NCBI GenBank assembly: GCA_038246575.1
Contig: JBBRVU010000003.1
Coordinates: 3,421 to 67,420, forward strand
DNA length: 64,000 nucleotides
Origin: Actinomycetes bacterium
Lineage (GTDB): Bacteria > Actinomycetota > Actinomycetes > JACCUZ01
Reading direction: 5' to 3'
Made by a program: the position numbers and the translations under genes. This document shows positions 46,723-57,623 of the stretch, piece after piece; position 1 is the first letter of the stretch; each line of letters starts with the position of its first letter. Under the pieces are notes generated by a model. The model worked only from the letters and a program-made list of their open reading frames with translations, was not told where the DNA came from and did no database searches.

Positions 46723-46730
46723 GTGTTCGA
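46715..46730. promoter_or_regulatory. Perfect palindromic LexA box covering the DUF222-HNH start codon
   Basis: TCGAACATGTGTTCGA. The ATG is at 46722-46720, and a TAGAAT -10 hexamer (46735-46730) lies 7 nt upstream. Confidence 0.85.
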
Positions 46731-46776
46731 TTCTACCGGACCCCGCCTGCCAGTGGAGGGCGTTGTCCCCAGGTTC

Positions 46777-46855
46777 TGCGGTCAGCCGGCGCGGAGGGGA
46801 CTGCGGTCAGCGCCGGCCGGAGGGGGACCGCGGTCAGCGCCGGCCGTAGAGGAAC
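46777..46855. repeat. Three tandem copies (25/27/27 bp) of the 3' end of the ABM-like gene
   Basis: tgcggtcagccggcgcggaggggac / tgcggtcagcgccggccggagggggac / cgcggtcagcgccggccgtagaggaac. The last copy contains the real stop codon (46836-46834). Confidence 0.85.
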
Positions 46856-47403
46856 CGGCGGAAGATGCGCGTCATCCGCGGCATCACGACCCAGGTCATC
46901 AACACCGTCAGAGTCCCGGAGAACACCAGGGTGCGGGCCACCAGCGGCCAGCCACCTAGCAGCGGAAGCACAGCCACGTTCATCAGCAGCACCAGCGGCA
47001 CGATGGCGAGCAGCGTGACCAGCGCCATCTTCCAGCGCCTCGGCGCGGGGGCCGTGCGACCAGGCAGCGAGAACCAGGTCTCCAGCCCGGAGACCCTCTC
47101 GACCCCGCGCTCCTCGGCGAAGGTGTCGGCCTTCTCGAGCCACCCGGCGCGCTCCGGCGACTTCTCCCAGTGCGTGAGCTGCGTCGGCTCGGCGAACCGG
47201 TAGACCACGTGCCAGTCCTGGTCCATGGTGTGCGGCCGGAGGATGCCGGCCCCGAGGAAACCAGGGAACTTCTGGGCTGCGCCGATGATCCCCTCGTACC
47301 ACTCCTCGAACTCGTGCTCGCGCCCGGGCGCGACCCGGCGGGCCACCGTGACGGTGACCGGCTCAGGCGTGGTGGACAGCAGACTCATCCTCCGGTTCAG
47401 CAA
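46834..47403 (-). CDS. ABM (antibiotic biosynthesis monooxygenase)-like domain protein with a C-terminal TM region
   Basis: VTVTVARRVAPGREHEFEEWY...GFLGAGILRP...WHVVYRFAEPTQLTHWEKSPERAGW, followed by two TM helices. Start is TTG 47403 or ATG 47388. Confidence 0.7.
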   Translation of the reverse strand: MLNRRMSLLSTTPEPVTVTVARRVAPGREHEFEEWYEGIIGAAQKFPGFLGAGILRPHTMDQDWHVVYRFAEPTQLTHWEKSPERAGWLEKADTFAEERGVERVSGLETWFSLPGRTAPAPRRWKMALVTLLAIVPLVLLMNVAVLPLLGGWPLVARTLVFSGTLTVLMTWVVMPRMTRIFRRFLYGRR

Positions 47404-47494
47404 TGCCGCAGGGGCGGATCATCCCGCGCCCGCGCGAGACGATGCTCACATCCGCGCCAGGGTTGCCGCGCGCGGCAATGACGAGAATGAGCCC

Positions 47495-48322
47495 ATGCCC
47501 GAGGGAGATACGGTCTGGCTCGCCGGCCGCCGCCTGCACGACGCTCTGGCCGGCGACGTCCTCACTCGCAGCGACTTCCGAGTCCCCCAGCTGGCCACGG
47601 CCGATCTCACCGGCCGCACCGTCACCGAGGTTCTCAGCCGGGGCAAGCACCTGCTGTTCCGCATCGACGGCGACGACGACGAGCCGCTGACGCTGCACAC
47701 GCACTTCCGGATGGACGGCTCGTGGCACCTCTACCGCCACGGCGACCGGTGGCGCGGCGGCCCCGAGTGGCAGGTACGCCTGCTGCTGGAGACCGCGCAG
47801 TGGCAGGCGGTGGGCTACCGGCTCCCGGTGGTGGAGCTGATGCCGCGCGACCGGGAGGACGACGCGGTCGGTCACCTGGGCCCAGACCTCCTCGGGCCGG
47901 ACTGGGACGCGGCCGAGGCGCTGCGCCGGCTCACCGCCGACCCTGCAGGCCAGGTCGGTCCTGCCCTGCTCGACCAGCGCAACCTGGCCGGGGTCGGCAA
48001 CCTCTACGCCAACGAGGTCTGCTTCCTGACCGGGGTGACGCCATGGACCGAGGTGGGTGCTGTGCCCGACCCGGCCCGGCTGGTCGACAGGGCCCATCGG
48101 CTGCTCACAGCCAACGCCGAGCGGACCGCCCAGGTGACTACCGGTGACCCTCGCCGCGGCTGCGAGCACTGGGTGTACGCCCGGGCCGGCCGGCCGTGCC
48201 TGCGGTGCGGCACGGGGATCCTCGGCTCCGAGATGGGCGACCCGCCGTACGCCCGACCGGCGTACTGGTGCCCGGGCTGCCAACGGGGCCCGACACCGAA
48301 CGCCCGTCCACACCCCCGTTGA
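47495..48322 (+). CDS. nei: Fpg/Nei-family DNA glycosylase (endonuclease VIII-like)
   Basis: MPEGDTVWLAGRRL...GKHLLF...LLDQRNLAGVGNLYANEVCF...CLRCG...YWCPGCQ (zinc finger). Confidence 0.9.
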   Translation: MPEGDTVWLAGRRLHDALAGDVLTRSDFRVPQLATADLTGRTVTEVLSRGKHLLFRIDGDDDEPLTLHTHFRMDGSWHLYRHGDRWRGGPEWQVRLLLETAQWQAVGYRLPVVELMPRDREDDAVGHLGPDLLGPDWDAAEALRRLTADPAGQVGPALLDQRNLAGVGNLYANEVCFLTGVTPWTEVGAVPDPARLVDRAHRLLTANAERTAQVTTGDPRRGCEHWVYARAGRPCLRCGTGILGSEMGDPPYARPAYWCPGCQRGPTPNARPHPR

Positions 48323-48350
48323 GAACGGGGTGGACGGGCGCACGGTTTTG
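48301..48350 (+). terminator. Imperfect stem-loop followed by TTTT at the nei stop (also faces clgR)
   Basis: cgcccgtccacacccccgtt-gaga-acggggtggacgggcg, then cacggtttt. Confidence 0.5.
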
Positions 48351-48438
48351 CTGACTTCTACCCCGACCTGTGGAGACCGAAAACCTCAAACCAGCCCCGG
48401 ACCGGACGCCTTCGATGTGCGGGCGATCCATCGACGGC

Positions 48439-48771
48439 TCAGGCAGCGACGTCGGTGACGTGCAACGGGCCGCTGTCCCCGGACGAGATCGGCCGGGCCG
48501 GGGGCAGGCTCACCGGCTCGGACAGGGCTGCCACCGCCTCCTCGAGGGCCAGTGACTCACTGACGTCGCGCAGGACGTGGGACATCGGCAGGTCGAGGGC
48601 CCCGCAGATCGAGCCGAGCAGCTCGGAGGAGGCTTCCTTCTGGCCGCGCTCGACCTCGGACAGGTAGCCCAGCGAGACGCGGGCCGTCGCGGACACCTCG
48701 CGCAGAGTGCGACCCTGCTCGCGGCGGCGCTCGCGCAGCACATCGCCGAGGATGCGGCGGAGCAGGACCAT
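48439..48771 (-). CDS. clgR: XRE-family HTH regulator ClgR
   Basis: [63 protein letters not shown]. The position upstream of cinA/pgsA matches Rv2745c. Confidence 0.85.
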   Translation of the reverse strand: MVLLRRILGDVLRERRREQGRTLREVSATARVSLGYLSEVERGQKEASSELLGSICGALDLPMSHVLRDVSESLALEEAVAALSEPVSLPPARPISSGDSGPLHVTDVAA

Positions 48772-48834
48772 CAGGCGTCTCCCTCTCGTGTCACAGCGTC
48801 ACGGTACCGCTGCCTGGCAAGTGTAACCATGTAA

Positions 48835-49356
48835 TCACGTCGAATGTTTCCCGACACCCGGCTCGGTGAGCACCCGGGCCAGCCAGCGCAGCGCCTGCTG
48901 CACGGTCTGGTCGCGGATGCCGGCCCGGTCGCCGGCCAGGGCAAGGGCTGCCACATCTGCCCCCGTCGGCCAGGCCAGCCCGACGTACACCTCGCCCGGC
49001 TGGTGCCCGTGCTGCGGGTCCGGGCCGGCGACACCGGTGGTCGCCAGGCCGTACGTCGTCCCGAGCCGGTTGCGCACGCCGACCGCCATCTGCCGCGCAA
49101 CCTCCGGGTCCACGGGGCCGACGTCGTCGAGCAGCGCCCCGGCCACGCCGAGCAGGCTGACCTTGAGGTCGGAGGCGTACGCCGTGACGCCACCGCGGAA
49201 GGTCGCTGAGACCCCGGGCACCGCGGTAAGAGCGGCGCCGAGCGCACCGCCGGTCAGCGACTCCGCGACGGCCAGCGTGGCGCCGGCCGCCAGCAGCAGC
49301 CGGTGCACCTCCCCCGCGTCGGAGGGCTGACCGGTCGGCTCGGCGGCGTCGCTCAC
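48835..49356 (-). CDS. cinA: CinA-family (PncC-like nicotinamide-nucleotide amidase domain) protein
   Basis: TLAVAESLTGGALGAALTAVPGVSATFRGGVTAYASDLK. Confidence 0.85.
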   Translation of the reverse strand: MSDAAEPTGQPSDAGEVHRLLLAAGATLAVAESLTGGALGAALTAVPGVSATFRGGVTAYASDLKVSLLGVAGALLDDVGPVDPEVARQMAVGVRNRLGTTYGLATTGVAGPDPQHGHQPGEVYVGLAWPTGADVAALALAGDRAGIRDQTVQQALRWLARVLTEPGVGKHST

Positions 49357-49955
49357 CGGCGGGCGGCCCGCTTGCGCTGCGTGCGCTCACTGGTCCGCCG
49401 TAGCCGCACCGCGCGCAGCAGGTAGTCGGCGCCGGTGACGACGGTGACCACCACGGCCACCCCCATCAGCGACAGCGCCAGAATCGTGACCCAGCCGGAC
49501 GTGGGCAGCACGAGCAGGCCGATCGCCACGCTCTGGAGCAGCGTCTTGACCTTGCCCCCGCGGCTTGCTGGCAGCACGCCGTGCCGGATGACCATCAGCC
49601 GCACCACGGTGATGCCGACCTCGCGGACCAGGATCACGATCGTGACCCACCAGGCCAGCAGGTCCAGGATCGAGAGCCCGATCAGGGCGGCACCGATGAG
49701 CGCCTTGTCCGCGATCGGGTCGGCCACCTTGCCGAAGTCGGTCACCATGTTGCGCCGTCGCGCCAGCTCGCCGTCGAAGCGATCGGTCACCGACGCGACC
49801 GCGAACGCGACGAAGGCAAGGGCACGCCAGAGCGTCGACTCGCCGTCGTCGTGGAAGAGTGCCACCAGGAACACCGGCACCAGTACCAGTCGCAGCACGG
49901 TCAGCAGGTTGGCCGCGTTCCATGCACTGACGGCTCGCGCCGGCGTCGCCGTCAC
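49353..49955 (-). CDS. pgsA: CDP-diacylglycerol-glycerol-3-phosphate 3-phosphatidyltransferase
   Basis: [14 protein letters not shown]...[33 protein letters not shown] at 49955 overlaps the rimO stop (GTGA). The rest of ORF 49353..51278 is out of frame with rimO. Confidence 0.88.
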   Translation of the reverse strand: MTATPARAVSAWNAANLLTVLRLVLVPVFLVALFHDDGESTLWRALAFVAFAVASVTDRFDGELARRRNMVTDFGKVADPIADKALIGAALIGLSILDLLAWWVTIVILVREVGITVVRLMVIRHGVLPASRGGKVKTLLQSVAIGLLVLPTSGWVTILALSLMGVAVVVTVVTGADYLLRAVRLRRTSERTQRKRAARR

Positions 49956-51382
49956 CGCCCGGCCACCGCCACGAGGTCCGCGCCGTCGGTGGCGATGACC
50001 CGGACCGCAACGAAGCGGCCGACCACGAGATCCTCGGCCGCGATTCCACGCACGGTCGTGCTGCCGTCGACGTCCGGGGCCTGGTGCGCCCCGCGGCCCT
50101 CGGCCTCGTCGCCGGTCACCGACTCGATCAGCACCGAGACGGTCTCGCCGATCCGGTCGTCGGCCCGCTGGGAGACCAGCTCGTCGGCGAGCCGGGTCAC
50201 GCGTTCGACCCGGGCTCGCACCTCGTCCTCGGGCAGGGCACCACTGAGCCCCGCGGCCTCGGTGCCGTCCTCGTCGGAGTAGCCGAAGACCCCGACCGCA
50301 TCGAGCCGGGCACCGATGAGGAAGCGCTCGAGCTCGGCGAGGTCTGCCTCGGTCTCGCCGGGGAACCCGACGATGACGTTGGACCGGATCCCCGCGTCCG
50401 GCGCCCCGGTGCGGACGCTCTCGACCAGCTCGAGGAAGCGCTCGGTGTTGCCGAACCGGCGCATCCGGCGCAGCACCGGCTCGCTGGCGTGCTGGAAGGA
50501 CAGGTCGAAGTACGGCGCGACGCCGTCGGTGCCGGTCATCACCGCGACGAGCCCGGGCCGCATCTCGGCCGGCTGCAGGTAGCTCACCCGGACCCGGTCG
50601 ACGCCGGGCACGGCCGCCAGCTCGGGCAGCAGCGTCTCGAGCAGCCGCAGGTCGCCGAGGTCCTTGCCGTAGGACGTGGAGTTCTCGCTGACCAGCACGA
50701 TCTCCCGGACGCCGTTCTCGGCGAGCCAGGCCGCCTCGGCCAGCACGTCGTGCGGGCGCCGCGAGACGAAGGACCCACGGAAGCTGGGGATCGCGCAGAA
50801 GCTGCAGCGACGGTCGCACCCGGACGCCAGCTTCAGCGGCGCGGCCGGGCCGGAGCCCAGCCGACGCCGCACCGAGCGGGGCCCGGACGCCGGAGCGATG
50901 CCCGCCGGCAGATCTGGCCCGTCCGGCGCGACCGTCGTCGGCTGGCGGTCCGCGGGTGCCAGCGGCAGCAGCCGCCGCCGGTCTTGCGGGGTGTGCGGGA
51001 CGTGCGGCGTGCCGTCCAGGATGCTGGCGAGCCGGGCCGAGATGTCCTGGTAGTCGTCGAAGCCCAGCACCGCGTCGGCCTCGGGGAGCTCGGCCGCGAG
51101 CTGCTCGCCGTAGCGCTCGGCCAGGCAGCCGACGGCCACCACCGCTCGGGTGCGGCCGTCCTTGAGGTCCGCCGCCGCGAGCACGGTGTCGATCGAGTCC
51201 TTCTTGGCAGCCTCGACGAAGCCGCAGGTGTTCACCACGGCCACGTCGGCGTCCGCGGCGTCCTCGACCAGGTCCCAACCGCCCTCCGCGAGCCGGCCGG
51301 CCAGCTCCTCGGAGTCGACCTCGTTGCGCGCGCAGCCGAGGGTGACCAGCGCAACGCGCCGGCCCACGTGTTGGGTGGACAT
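49952..51382 (-). CDS. rimO: Ribosomal protein S12 methylthiotransferase
   Basis: [20 protein letters not shown]...[16 protein letters not shown], followed by a TRAM domain. ATG at 51382. Confidence 0.9.
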   Translation of the reverse strand: MSTQHVGRRVALVTLGCARNEVDSEELAGRLAEGGWDLVEDAADADVAVVNTCGFVEAAKKDSIDTVLAAADLKDGRTRAVVAVGCLAERYGEQLAAELPEADAVLGFDDYQDISARLASILDGTPHVPHTPQDRRRLLPLAPADRQPTTVAPDGPDLPAGIAPASGPRSVRRRLGSGPAAPLKLASGCDRRCSFCAIPSFRGSFVSRRPHDVLAEAAWLAENGVREIVLVSENSTSYGKDLGDLRLLETLLPELAAVPGVDRVRVSYLQPAEMRPGLVAVMTGTDGVAPYFDLSFQHASEPVLRRMRRFGNTERFLELVESVRTGAPDAGIRSNVIVGFPGETEADLAELERFLIGARLDAVGVFGYSDEDGTEAAGLSGALPEDEVRARVERVTRLADELVSQRADDRIGETVSVLIESVTGDEAEGRGAHQAPDVDGSTTVRGIAAEDLVVGRFVAVRVIATDGADLVAVAGR

Positions 51383-51435
51383 GCAGGTCAGCCTAGTTGC
51401 CACCGGGCAGCCGCCCGGTCGCCGCGAGTGGACCC

Positions 51436-52191
51436 TCAGCCAGCCGCCGGGTCGTTGCGGGTGAACTCCACCCGGGACACCTGCCCCGGCTTGCCCGGGG
51501 AGCCGATCTCCTGGCCGTTGACGGTCAGGGTCACCGCGCCCGCGTCGCCGACGACCAGCCGGACCAGCGACTTCGCGCTGAAGGTCATCGTCTTGTCGGA
51601 GACCAAGCCCTGGAAGAGCTCCTTGCCCGACCCGCTCGTGGCGCGCACCCAGCTGGTGCCGCGGGCGCGCAGCGCCACGGTGACCTTGTCCCGCGGTGCC
51701 TGGGCCACGGCGCTGCCCGAGCTCGACGGCGTCGGAACGCTCGGCGACTCGCTCGCGCTCGGAGCGCGCGAGGTGCCAGCGGCGCTGGGCAGGCCCTGCG
51801 TCTCGACCCGCTCCCCGCTGCCGGTGAGAACCTGGGCCACTCCGTAGACCAGGACGAGCACCAGCGCGACGGCCATCGCGGCGCTCCAGTTGGGACCGCG
51901 CCGCTCGGGGCGGGCGGCGGACTCGGCCTCGAACACCTCGCTGGCCCGCGCCGGGGGCTCGGGCGGGCGGCTCGCGTCGAACTCGGCCAGCAGCGGGGCG
52001 GGGTCGATGCCGACGGTGGTGGCGATCGTGCGCAGGTGGCCGCGGGCGTAGAAGTCGCCGCCGCAGGCCGCGTAGTCGTCGGCCTCGATGTTGCTGATCA
52101 GGGTGCGCCGGATCCGGGTTGCTGCTGCCACCTCCTCCACCGAGAGGCCCGACTTCTCGCGGGCCTCGGTGAGGGTCTGACCGATCGACAA
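51436..52191 (-). CDS. RodZ-like HTH + DUF4115 membrane protein
   Basis: [39 protein letters not shown]..., followed by a TM segment and a C-terminal beta-rich domain. TTG at 52191 is preceded by SD GGGAGGAG. Confidence 0.75.
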   Translation of the reverse strand: MSIGQTLTEAREKSGLSVEEVAAATRIRRTLISNIEADDYAACGGDFYARGHLRTIATTVGIDPAPLLAEFDASRPPEPPARASEVFEAESAARPERRGPNWSAAMAVALVLVLVYGVAQVLTGSGERVETQGLPSAAGTSRAPSASESPSVPTPSSSGSAVAQAPRDKVTVALRARGTSWVRATSGSGKELFQGLVSDKTMTFSAKSLVRLVVGDAGAVTLTVNGQEIGSPGKPGQVSRVEFTRNDPAAG

Positions 52192-52314
52192 CGTGGCACT
52201 CCTCCCGTGTACAGCCAAGTTTAGAGGCGCCCTTTCACTCTCGGCCAGCCGGAGGCCCACCCTGAGTGATCACATTGCGGCAACGGAGTGAACAGCTCCG
52301 GGACGCCCGGCGAC

Positions 52315-54819
52315 TCAGACGCCGCGCAGGGTGGCCAGCACCCCGTCGAGCTCGTCCGCCTTGATCAGGACGTCCCTGGCCTTGGAGCCCTCGCTCGGTC
52401 CGACGACGCCCCGGCTCTCCATCAGGTCCATCAGCCGCCCGGCCTTGGCGAAGCCCACCCGCAGCTTGCGCTGGAGCATCGAGGTCGAGCCGAACTGGGT
52501 GGTGACGACGAGCTCGGCTGCCTGGCAGAGCAGATCGAGGTCGTAACCGATGTCCTCCTCGACCTCGCGCCTGCTGGCCACCGGAGCCGTGACGTCCTCG
52601 CGGTAGCTCGGCTGCAGCTGGGCCTTGCAGTGCTCGACGACGCTGACCACCTCGGGCTCGGTGACCCAGGCGCCCTGCATCCGCATCGCCTTGCTTACCC
52701 CCATCGGCAGGAACAGGCCGTCCCCCTGCCCGACGAGCTTCTCCGCGCCCGGCTGGTCGAGGATGACCCGGCTGTCGGCCAGGCTGGAGGTAGCAAACGA
52801 CAGGCGCGAGGGCACGTTGGCCTTGATCAGCCCGGTGACGACGTCGACCGAGGGCCGCTGGGTGGCCAGCACGAGGTGGATGCCGGCCGCCCGGGCCAGC
52901 TGGGTGATCCGGACGATCGAGTCCTCGACGTCACGGGGCGCGACCATCATCAGGTCGGCGAGCTCGTCCACGACCACCAGCAGGTACGGGTAGGGCGCCA
53001 GCACCCGCTCGCTCCCGGGCGGGGCGGTGACCGCGCCCGACTTGACGGCCTTGTTGAAGTCGTCGACGTGCCGGAAGCCGAACGCGGCGAGGTCGTCGTA
53101 GCGCAGGTCCATCTCGCGCACGACCCACTGCAGCGCCTCGGCGGCCTTCTTCGGGTTGGTGATGATCGGGGTGATGAGGTGCGGGATTCCCTCGTACGCC
53201 GTGAGCTCCACCCGCTTGGGATCGACGAGCACCATGCGGACCTCGTCCGGGGTGGCGCGCAGCAACAGCGACGTGATCATCGAGTTCACGAAGCTGGACT
53301 TGCCGGAGCCGGTAGCGCCGGCCACGAGAAGGTGCGGCATCTTCGCCAGGTTGGCGACCACGAAGCCACCCTCGACGTCCTTGCCCAGCGCGACCAGCAT
53401 CGGGTGGTGGTCGTTGCGGGCCACCGCCGAGCGCATGACGTCGCCGAGGCTGACGACCTCCTTGTCGACGTTGGGGATCTCGATGCCGATCGCGGACTTG
53501 CCGGGGATCGGCGAGAGGATCCGGACGTCGGCGCTGGCCACGGCGTAGGCGATGTTCTTGCTCAGTGCCGTGACGCGCTCGACCTTGACCGCGGTGCCGA
53601 GCTCGACCTCGTAGCGGGTGACGGTCGGCCCGCGCGTGTAGCCCGTGACCTGGGCGTCGATGCCGAACTGTTCGAGCACCTCGGTCAGCGACTCGACCAC
53701 CGCGTCACTGGCCTGGGAACGAGCCCGGTGCGGTGATCCCTCCCGCAGGGTGTCGGCCGGGGGCAGGACGTAGGTCACGTCCCCCGAGAGCAGCAGCTGC
53801 TCGACCCGCGCCGGCATCGGCGTGTGGTCGGGAGCGGGCCTGTCGGTCTCGGCGGGTGACTCCCCCTCGTCCGTGTGCGGCGTCGTGGCCCCACCGCGAG
53901 CGACCACCGAGTCGTCGTAGGGGGTGTCGTCCTCTTCCGCGTCGGCGAGCGAGCCCTGCCGGCGGCGCGGTCGCCGCCGCTTGAGCGGCTCCAACGGCTC
54001 GAAGGGCACCAGCGGGTCGGCGGCGTCCTGGCCCGCTCCGTCCTCGGCGTCGGTCGCCGACCGGTGCAGCAGCTTGTTCAGCAGAGCCTTGGCGCGTTCC
54101 GGGACGGCGTGCACGGGAGTCGCGGTGACGACGAGCAGCCCGAAGAGCATCAGCAGCACCAGCAGCGGGGCTGCGACGTAGACCGAGACGGCGGCCACGG
54201 TCGGGGACGACACGAGGTAGCCCAGGTAGCCGCCCGCCTCTCGCAGCGCCTTGGGCCGCGAGGGGTCGGGCAGGCCGCCGGCGATGTGCACCAGACCGAG
54301 CACGGCGAGCACGACTGCACCGAGGCCGATGCCGATGCGGCCGCCGGACTCGGCGTCCTGCGGGTGGCGCAGGATGCGGATGCCCAGACCGAGCAGCACG
54401 AGTGGCAGCACCAGGCCGACGCGGCCGAACGTCCCGGACACCACGGCGTGCACGACGCGACCGACCGGCCCGTCCAGGGCCCACCACTCGACGGCGGCGA
54501 CGACGGTGGCCAGCCCGATCAGGCCCAGCCCGATGCCGTCCCGGCGGTGGGCGGGGTCCAGCTCTCGGGCGCTGCTCCCGATCCGGCGGGCCAGGCCGCC
54601 GACGACGTGGGCGATGCCGAGCCAGATTCCGCGCAGCAGGCCGACGGTGCCGCGGACCAGCAACGGCGTGGCGGTCCGACCCGCCGGACGGCGCCCTGAA
54701 CGGCTGGCGGCCTTGCGCGCGCCCGTCCGGTTGGTCGACCGGCCACGGCTGCTGCTCCTGCGCCCCGTGCTCGATCGGGAGCTTCGGGCGGGAGCGCGGG
54801 TCGGCGTGCGGGTGGCCAT
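52315..54819 (-). CDS. ftsK: DNA translocase FtsK
   Basis: N-terminal TM segments and a linker, then HLLVAGATGSGKSSFVNSMI...VVVDELADLMM...ATQRPSVDV and a gamma domain ...MLQRKLRVGFAKAGRLMD. Confidence 0.95.
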   Translation of the reverse strand: MATRTPTRAPARSSRSSTGRRSSSRGRSTNRTGARKAASRSGRRPAGRTATPLLVRGTVGLLRGIWLGIAHVVGGLARRIGSSARELDPAHRRDGIGLGLIGLATVVAAVEWWALDGPVGRVVHAVVSGTFGRVGLVLPLVLLGLGIRILRHPQDAESGGRIGIGLGAVVLAVLGLVHIAGGLPDPSRPKALREAGGYLGYLVSSPTVAAVSVYVAAPLLVLLMLFGLLVVTATPVHAVPERAKALLNKLLHRSATDAEDGAGQDAADPLVPFEPLEPLKRRRPRRRQGSLADAEEDDTPYDDSVVARGGATTPHTDEGESPAETDRPAPDHTPMPARVEQLLLSGDVTYVLPPADTLREGSPHRARSQASDAVVESLTEVLEQFGIDAQVTGYTRGPTVTRYEVELGTAVKVERVTALSKNIAYAVASADVRILSPIPGKSAIGIEIPNVDKEVVSLGDVMRSAVARNDHHPMLVALGKDVEGGFVVANLAKMPHLLVAGATGSGKSSFVNSMITSLLLRATPDEVRMVLVDPKRVELTAYEGIPHLITPIITNPKKAAEALQWVVREMDLRYDDLAAFGFRHVDDFNKAVKSGAVTAPPGSERVLAPYPYLLVVVDELADLMMVAPRDVEDSIVRITQLARAAGIHLVLATQRPSVDVVTGLIKANVPSRLSFATSSLADSRVILDQPGAEKLVGQGDGLFLPMGVSKAMRMQGAWVTEPEVVSVVEHCKAQLQPSYREDVTAPVASRREVEEDIGYDLDLLCQAAELVVTTQFGSTSMLQRKLRVGFAKAGRLMDLMESRGVVGPSEGSKARDVLIKADELDGVLATLRGV

Positions 54820-54898
54820 GCCGTGAGGCTACCCGCACGTCACGGCTGCAACAGTGGTCACAGCAGCAACAGGCCCCGCGTGTCGGGCCTTGCCGCGC

Positions 54899-56565
<1,667 letters not shown>

Positions 56566-56584
<19 letters not shown>

Positions 56585-56617
56585 GCGCGGAGCCCGGGGT
56601 GCGGGTGGCTCACGCGC
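56566..56617. repeat. 23-bp perfect direct repeat with 29-bp period at the dapA stop / rnj start junction
   Basis: cggggtgcgggtggctcacgcgc at 56566-56588 and again at 56595-56617. Confidence 0.95.
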
Positions 56618-57518
56618 CCAGCCCGGCAGCGGCCAGCGCGTCCCGGAGCTCGGCGACAAGGTCGTCGGAGGCGGGCAGCAACGGCCCGCGAACGGCCCGC
56701 GAGCGGATGACCCCGGCCAGCTGGAGCGCGGCCTTCGCGGTGATCACGCCCTGGCTGCGGCTGGTCATCACCGCCGCGACCACCGGGATGAGCGACCGGT
56801 CGAGCTCTCGGGCCCGCGTCAGGTCACCCGCTGCGACGGCGGCGACCATCTCGGCGTACTGCCGGCCGGCGACATGCCCGACGACGCTGATCATCCCGGC
56901 GGCGCCGACCGCGAGCCAGGGCAGGTTCAGCGCGTCATCGCCCGAGTAGTAGACGAGCCCGCTGCGCGCCATCACCTCGGCGCCGGCCGCGAGGTCGCCC
57001 TTGGCGTCCTTGACCGCCACGATCCGGTCGTGCTCGCCCAGCCGCAGCAGGGTGTCGGTCTCGATCGCGCGACCGGTGCGACCGGGGATGTCGTAGAGGA
57101 TCGCCGGCAGGCCGGTGGCGTCCGCGGCCGAACGGAAGTGGGCCAGCAGCGAGTCCTGCGGAGGCTTGTTGTAGTAGGGCGTCACGATCAGCAGGCCGTG
57201 CGCACCGGCCTTCTCCGCCGCCCGGGCCAGCTCGACGGTGTGGCGGGTGTCGTTGGTGCCGACGCCGGCGACCACCTGCGCCCGATCGCCTACCGCGTCG
57301 AGGACCGACCGGACGACCTGCTCCTTCTCGGCGTCGCTGGTGGTCGGCGACTCGCCGGTCGTCCCGTTGACGATGATGCCGTCGTTCCCGTGGTCGACGA
57401 GGTGCTCGGCGACGCTCGCCACACCGGCGAGATCGAGGTCGCCGTCGTCGGTGAACGGCGTGACCATCGCGGTCAGCATCCGCCCGAAGGGCTCGGTCGC
57501 TGTCGGAGTCTGGGCCAT
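56610..57518 (-). CDS. dapA: 4-hydroxy-tetrahydrodipicolinate synthase
   Basis: FGRMLTAMVTPFTDDGDLD...GTTGESPTTS...TPYYNKP. Confidence 0.92.
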   Translation of the reverse strand: MAQTPTATEPFGRMLTAMVTPFTDDGDLDLAGVASVAEHLVDHGNDGIIVNGTTGESPTTSDAEKEQVVRSVLDAVGDRAQVVAGVGTNDTRHTVELARAAEKAGAHGLLIVTPYYNKPPQDSLLAHFRSAADATGLPAILYDIPGRTGRAIETDTLLRLGEHDRIVAVKDAKGDLAAGAEVMARSGLVYYSGDDALNLPWLAVGAAGMISVVGHVAGRQYAEMVAAVAAGDLTRARELDRSLIPVVAAVMTSRSQGVITAKAALQLAGVIRSRAVRGPLLPASDDLVAELRDALAAAGLGA

Positions 57519-57623
57519 ACCGAGAAATCTAGCCCCCGGCACGACAAGGCCCCGCCGCCACCCGCTCGGGGGATCGGGTGGCGACGAGGCTCGGTCGGGT
57601 CATCGTCGCCTGGAGTCCCGGCG

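Noticed and set aside
46715-46740. GTTCGATTC, a tRNA T-loop-like string
   Set aside because: There is no acceptor or T-stem complementarity around it. It is the right half of the LexA palindrome.
41603-47494. Prophage, integrative element or IS in the lhr-nei insert
   Set aside because: I could find no integrase, transposase, tRNA target or terminal inverted/direct repeats flanking the segment. It is reported only as a rearranged or inserted patch.
48772-48860. Searched for a ClgR operator or NDp motif upstream of clgR (GTGTCGGGA at about 48850)
   Set aside because: There is no CGC-N5-GCG-type dyad and no TAnnnT hexamer at the right spacing. I could not support a call.
57556-57583. 9-bp stem (CGCCACCCG / CGGGTGGCG) between folA and dapA as a riboswitch or terminator
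   Set aside because: The stem is short, has no U-tract and has no extended conserved-looking structure. At most it is a weak folA terminator, so it is not listed as a feature.
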